From Cyanophora paradoxa CCMP329 (Eukaryota; Plantae; Glaucophyta), in the NCBI GenBank assembly GCA_004431415.1, contig QPMI01000017.1, positions 806,001 to 870,000 on the forward strand: a stretch of DNA of 64,000 bases, in the 5' to 3' direction. Below, in pieces: positions 60,379 to 64,000 of the stretch (position 1 is its first letter; the number at the start of each line of letters is the position of its first letter). Below the pieces are notes generated by a model, which had not been told where the DNA came from, ran no database searches, and saw nothing but the letters and a program-made list of their open reading frames with translations. A program made the position numbers and the translations under genes.

Positions 60379-60928
60379 CTATCGCCACTGCTTCGTGAGA
60401 ATCCATGTGGGAATGCCGCCGCCGGCGAAGAGCGTGAAGGGTGCGAGGATGGCAGTGATGTGGAACGAGAAGCCGGCGTTGTAAATGGTCAAGGACGAGA
60501 GGCCGGAGAGGGCCGCGCCGCCGCATCCTGTGTAACCCATCTCGCGCCAGCTGAGAAGCTCGGTGAAGCGCTCTTTCTCCCGCGCATTCGACATGTCGTC
60601 GCGCGCAAGTCGCCTGTAATCTTGCCGCAAGATCTGCAGCTGATCCCACGCCAGCCAAGCGAAGAACGCCGATAGAAGCATCGGGATGGGGGTGAGCAGC
60701 GGCTTCTTGAGGATGTTGATGTCAAGCCACAGGCATGTCAACGAGATTCCCTGCGCACGCCGTGAGCAAGCGAGTGCGCCTGTCGCCGGCAGAACGGACC
60801 AGGCCGATGCCTGCGCCGCACGTTAGGAAGCCGACCAAGGGTGAGCGAGCGCGCAGGGCGGCGAATTCACCCGCGCCGATGGTTCCCGTGACGAGCGGAG
60901 GAAGGAATCCGAAGCTCTCGTTCGGCAT
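60379..60928 (-). CDS. Small uncharacterised multi-pass (about 4 TM) membrane protein, ~146 aa, probably 3 exons
   Basis: MPNESFGFLPPLVTGTIGAG|IGL|GISLTCLWLDINILKKPLLTPIPMLLSAFFAWLAW..HITAILAPFTLFAGGGIPTWILTKQWR*. Introns 60811-60870 and 60751-60799 have GT..GCGCAG ends. Confidence 0.6.
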
Positions 60929-61110
60929 ACCGCCTTCGTTGCTGACCCAAGCAAGCGATCCTCGCCGACAGAAGATACGCAGCTACAATAAAAAAAGCTA
61001 TAAACGCTGAGCGCGTGTGACGGCGGAGCCAAGAAGCCGAGTCGGTCGTTTGCCAAGGGGTACACGTACACGGCGAGGCCGTCCCGGCCTCGTCGCGTTT
61101 CCGGGGTGCC

Positions 61111-64000
61111 ATGGCGTCCCCGGAAGCTTACCATGGCAGCCCGATGTGTCTTTCGCCGCGGTCCAAGGCGGCCGCGGCACCGCCCCCCGCCAGCACGCTC
61201 GCATGCCTCAACCTCGGCGCGCCGGCGAACGCGCTGAGCGTATCGCCGGATCGACGCTTTGCCATCGTGGGCGGTCGAGATGGTGCGCCCGCCGACCGAT
61301 CACACGGGCAGCTCGCTCACCCTTTCCTCGCGTACGCGCAGTCCTCAAAATCGTGGCCGTGGACACGCTTGAGAATCAGCTGACGGAGCATCGAAATCTG
61401 CGCGTGGGGCGTGTCAATCTCAACTTCAGCACGAACGACGTCCGCTGGCACCCGCTCGAAGGTCCGGCCCTTGCAAGGCGATCGTTTGTGCCGGGGCGCG
61501 GGCAGCCGATACAGCATCTTGCAGCCGGTGATTTCTTTCTGATTCCGCGGGCGCAGCGTGCAAGAACCTGGTCGCTAGCGCCGCTTCGAACGGGGCGGTC
61601 GTCATCTGGAACCTGGACCGCGCCGGCGCCTCGAAGCAGGGTGCGGCCGTCGCCCCGCGGCCCGGCCGCAGCCCGGTATCGACGCGCCCGGCGCCAACGC
61701 GTCGCAGAGCGCGTGCTGCCGGACCACACGCGGACGGTGAACCGCGTAGTCTGGCACCCGACGGAGCCGGACCTGCTCATCAGCGCCTCCCACGACGGCT
61801 CGATCAAGGTGTGGGACGCCCGCGGCCAGCAACGCACCACCACCCTCCGCGGCAAGGCGCGCCCCGCCCCTCCCGCCCGCCCCGCCCGCCCCTTCGCGTG
61901 CCGGCCGTGGGCTCCCCCTTGGGCTCAGGCGCCCGCGCAGGCGGAGAGCGTCCGCGACGTGGGAGTGAACCCCTTCAACCCGAACATCATCGCCGCCGCC
62001 TTCGACAACGGCTGCCTCCAGGTACACCTGCCCATCCCCCCCCCCCCCCCCCCGTCCCCCCTCCTGCCCGGCGACCTGGAGGGGTACGCGCAGCTGTGGG
62101 ACCTCCGAAAGGAGGCCATGCTCCAGCAGATCACCGCCCACCACGGCCTCGTAATCCCTTATCCCTTGGCGCCCCTTCCCCGGCCGCTCAAAGAGGGGTA
62201 CAGGTCCTCTCGCTGGCGTGGCACCCCGAGGTCCCGGACCTGATCGCCTCAGGCTCCCGTGACCGCCTTGTCAAGGCGCGCCTCTACCCCCTCCGCTTAC
62301 CCCCCCCCCCAGAAAAAGTAAAGACGTACCCCCAGGTGTGGGACCTGCGGGAGACGCGGCAGAGCCCGCGGTGCGTGCAGACGATCGCGAGCGTGGGGCG
62401 GCTGCTCTGGAGGCCGGGGTACCCCTCCCACCTGCTCTCCTCGGCCTCGCTCGTGGACAACAAGATCCACCTCTGGGACGTCACGCGGGGGTACATCCCC
62501 GTCGCCTCGGTGGCGGGGCACCGGGACGTGGCGACGGGGGCGGCCTTCGTGGGCGGGGCCGAGCGCCCCGAGCTGCTGCTCTCGGCCTCGAAGGACGGGA
62601 CGCTGCAGCTCCACGACCTGCGGCGGGCGCACCTCCCCTTCCGCCACCTCCGCGCCACCTCCTGCGCCTTCTCCCCCCGCGGCGAGCTCCTCGCCGCCGC
62701 CGGCCCCGTCGACCGCGCCCGCGGGCCCGACTCGCCCTCGTACCCCCCCGTCCACCGGGGCCCCGAGGAGGAGGCGGGGTCGGCCACCTCGCACGCGGGG
62801 GGCGCCGCCCCGCCGGCCTCCGCCCCCTGCACGCCCCGCGAGGCCCCCGCCGGCCCTTCGCCCCGCCCTCGCCCCTCCACCCCCGCCCCCCATTTCTTCT
62901 CCTCCGCGCCGGCCTCCCGCTTCGCGCGCCCCTCCTCCGCCGTCTCCCTCTCCTACATGCCCTCCGGGTCGCCCCCGCCCGGCGCCCCCTGTCATAGCCC
63001 CGGGCCCCCGCACGGTCTCATCGTCTCCTACCGCCCCGCCTTCTCCGCGGTACCCCGTCCCGGCTCATCCCCCCCCCCGCCGACCGACGGGTACCCCCGC
63101 TCAGGTCGCCGAAGAGGACGCGGGCGACTTCGACGAGGTCGTCTTCCGGTACCCGTTCCCGTCCTGCTTCCCCCCTCCCCCCTCCCCTCCCCTTTCCTCC
63201 TTCCTAATCTATCGCGTACCCCCAGGCACCTCGCCGAGCACTACCGCCTCTCGGGCCCCTCCCCCGCCGACGTCTGCGCCCACAACGCCCGCGTGCGCCC
63301 CGTACCCCCCCTCGCTCCTCCCCCGGGCGGACCCGATGGGTACGGCAGGTGGCGACAGAGGCGGCGCGGCCGCGGATGGCGGCCGCGTGGTCCGTCCTGC
63401 GGCTCTTCCTGGAGCGGCCGGGGGAGGCCTCGCCGCGCCCCGCCCCGGCCCCTGCCGCTCCCGCCTCCGACCCCGCCTCCGCCTCCGCCTCCGCGAAGCC
63501 TCCTACCCCCTCCGTCTCTTCCGTCGACGAGGGCTCGGCGCCGGGCGCTGCCGTCGCCCCCGCTCCCGCCCCTCCCGGCGCCCCCCGCGCGCGCTCCCCG
63601 GGCCGCCCCGGGCAGTCGCGGAGCCCCGCCCTGCGCCCTATCGCCTCGCCTCACCTCGCTTCGATATCCTTTGCGCCTCCGCCGCCGCCGCCGCGCTGCG
63701 CGCCCGCCGCCGCGGCCCTTGACGCCCACGCCACGAGCCCGTGGCGCTCCTGCAGAAGCCGCAGCCGCCCGCCGGCCCGGGGGCCTGCTCCCTGTTCAGC
63801 CCGCCCCTGCGGCCCTCGGGCGCGCCCCCCTGGCTCGGCGACGAGGACGAGCTCCTCTCCGCCCCCGTACCCCTGTCCGCAACCGTACCCCCTCGCGCCT
63901 TCTTCGCTCACGTCGCCGCAGGACCTACCGCGAGACCGTCACGCCCTCGCCTTCCGGCACCCCCTCCGAGGAGTCCGACGGGGGTTACGATTCCCTCGAG
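61111..64000 (+). CDS. WDR24: WD40-repeat protein WDR24/Sea2/Rtc1 (GATOR2/SEACAT subunit), multi-exon, runs off the window end
   Basis: LGAPANALSVSPDRRFAIVGGRD|VLKI..NLRVGRVNLNFSTNDVRWHP..ASAASNGAVVIWNL..DHTRTVNRVVWHPTEPDLLISASHDGSIKVWD..AESVRDV..FNP..AAAFDNG follows the WDR24 N-terminal propeller pattern as I recall it. Confidence 0.85.

Noticed and set aside
1-64000. Prokaryotic operon, or hydrogenase maturase (hydE/F/G) cluster
   Set aside because: Genes are spliceosomal-intron rich, and no radical-SAM CxxxCxxC or HydF GTPase motifs were seen in the window.

Overview
GC-rich, intron-dense eukaryotic (protist/alga-like) DNA. Most ORF-track entries are spliced fragments or GC-rich shadow ORFs, so genes were rebuilt by hand from short (~50-100 nt) introns with GTGCG/GTCCG/GCGCG/GCCCG donors, a CTGAC-type branch point and YAG acceptors. 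Genes in order: a 5'-truncated coiled-coil protein; a membrane hybrid histidine kinase with two receiver domains; a large surface/multi-TM protein with three diverged kelch-like modules; a head-to-head pair of F-box paralogs; a giant [FeFe]-hydrogenase gene; a myristoylated IQ protein; a four-domain Ca/Na-type channel; a small 4-TM protein; and WDR24 (3'-truncated). The main finding is the minus-strand gene at 46196-30714. With 41 introns removed it reads as one ORF of about 4,111 aa: six near-identical H-cluster domains in frame, two flavodoxins, a seventh diverged H-domain, a third flavodoxin, and an FAD-binding domain whose NAD(P) domain is only a stump. The second finding is nine candidate box C/D snoRNAs in the channel's introns. 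They include a U57/snR51-like guide and a tandem array, and all have a non-canonical C box (RGGAYG). The channel also has an unusual S-D-E-E filter. The style is reminiscent of a glaucophyte such as Cyanophora, but that is an unverified impression.
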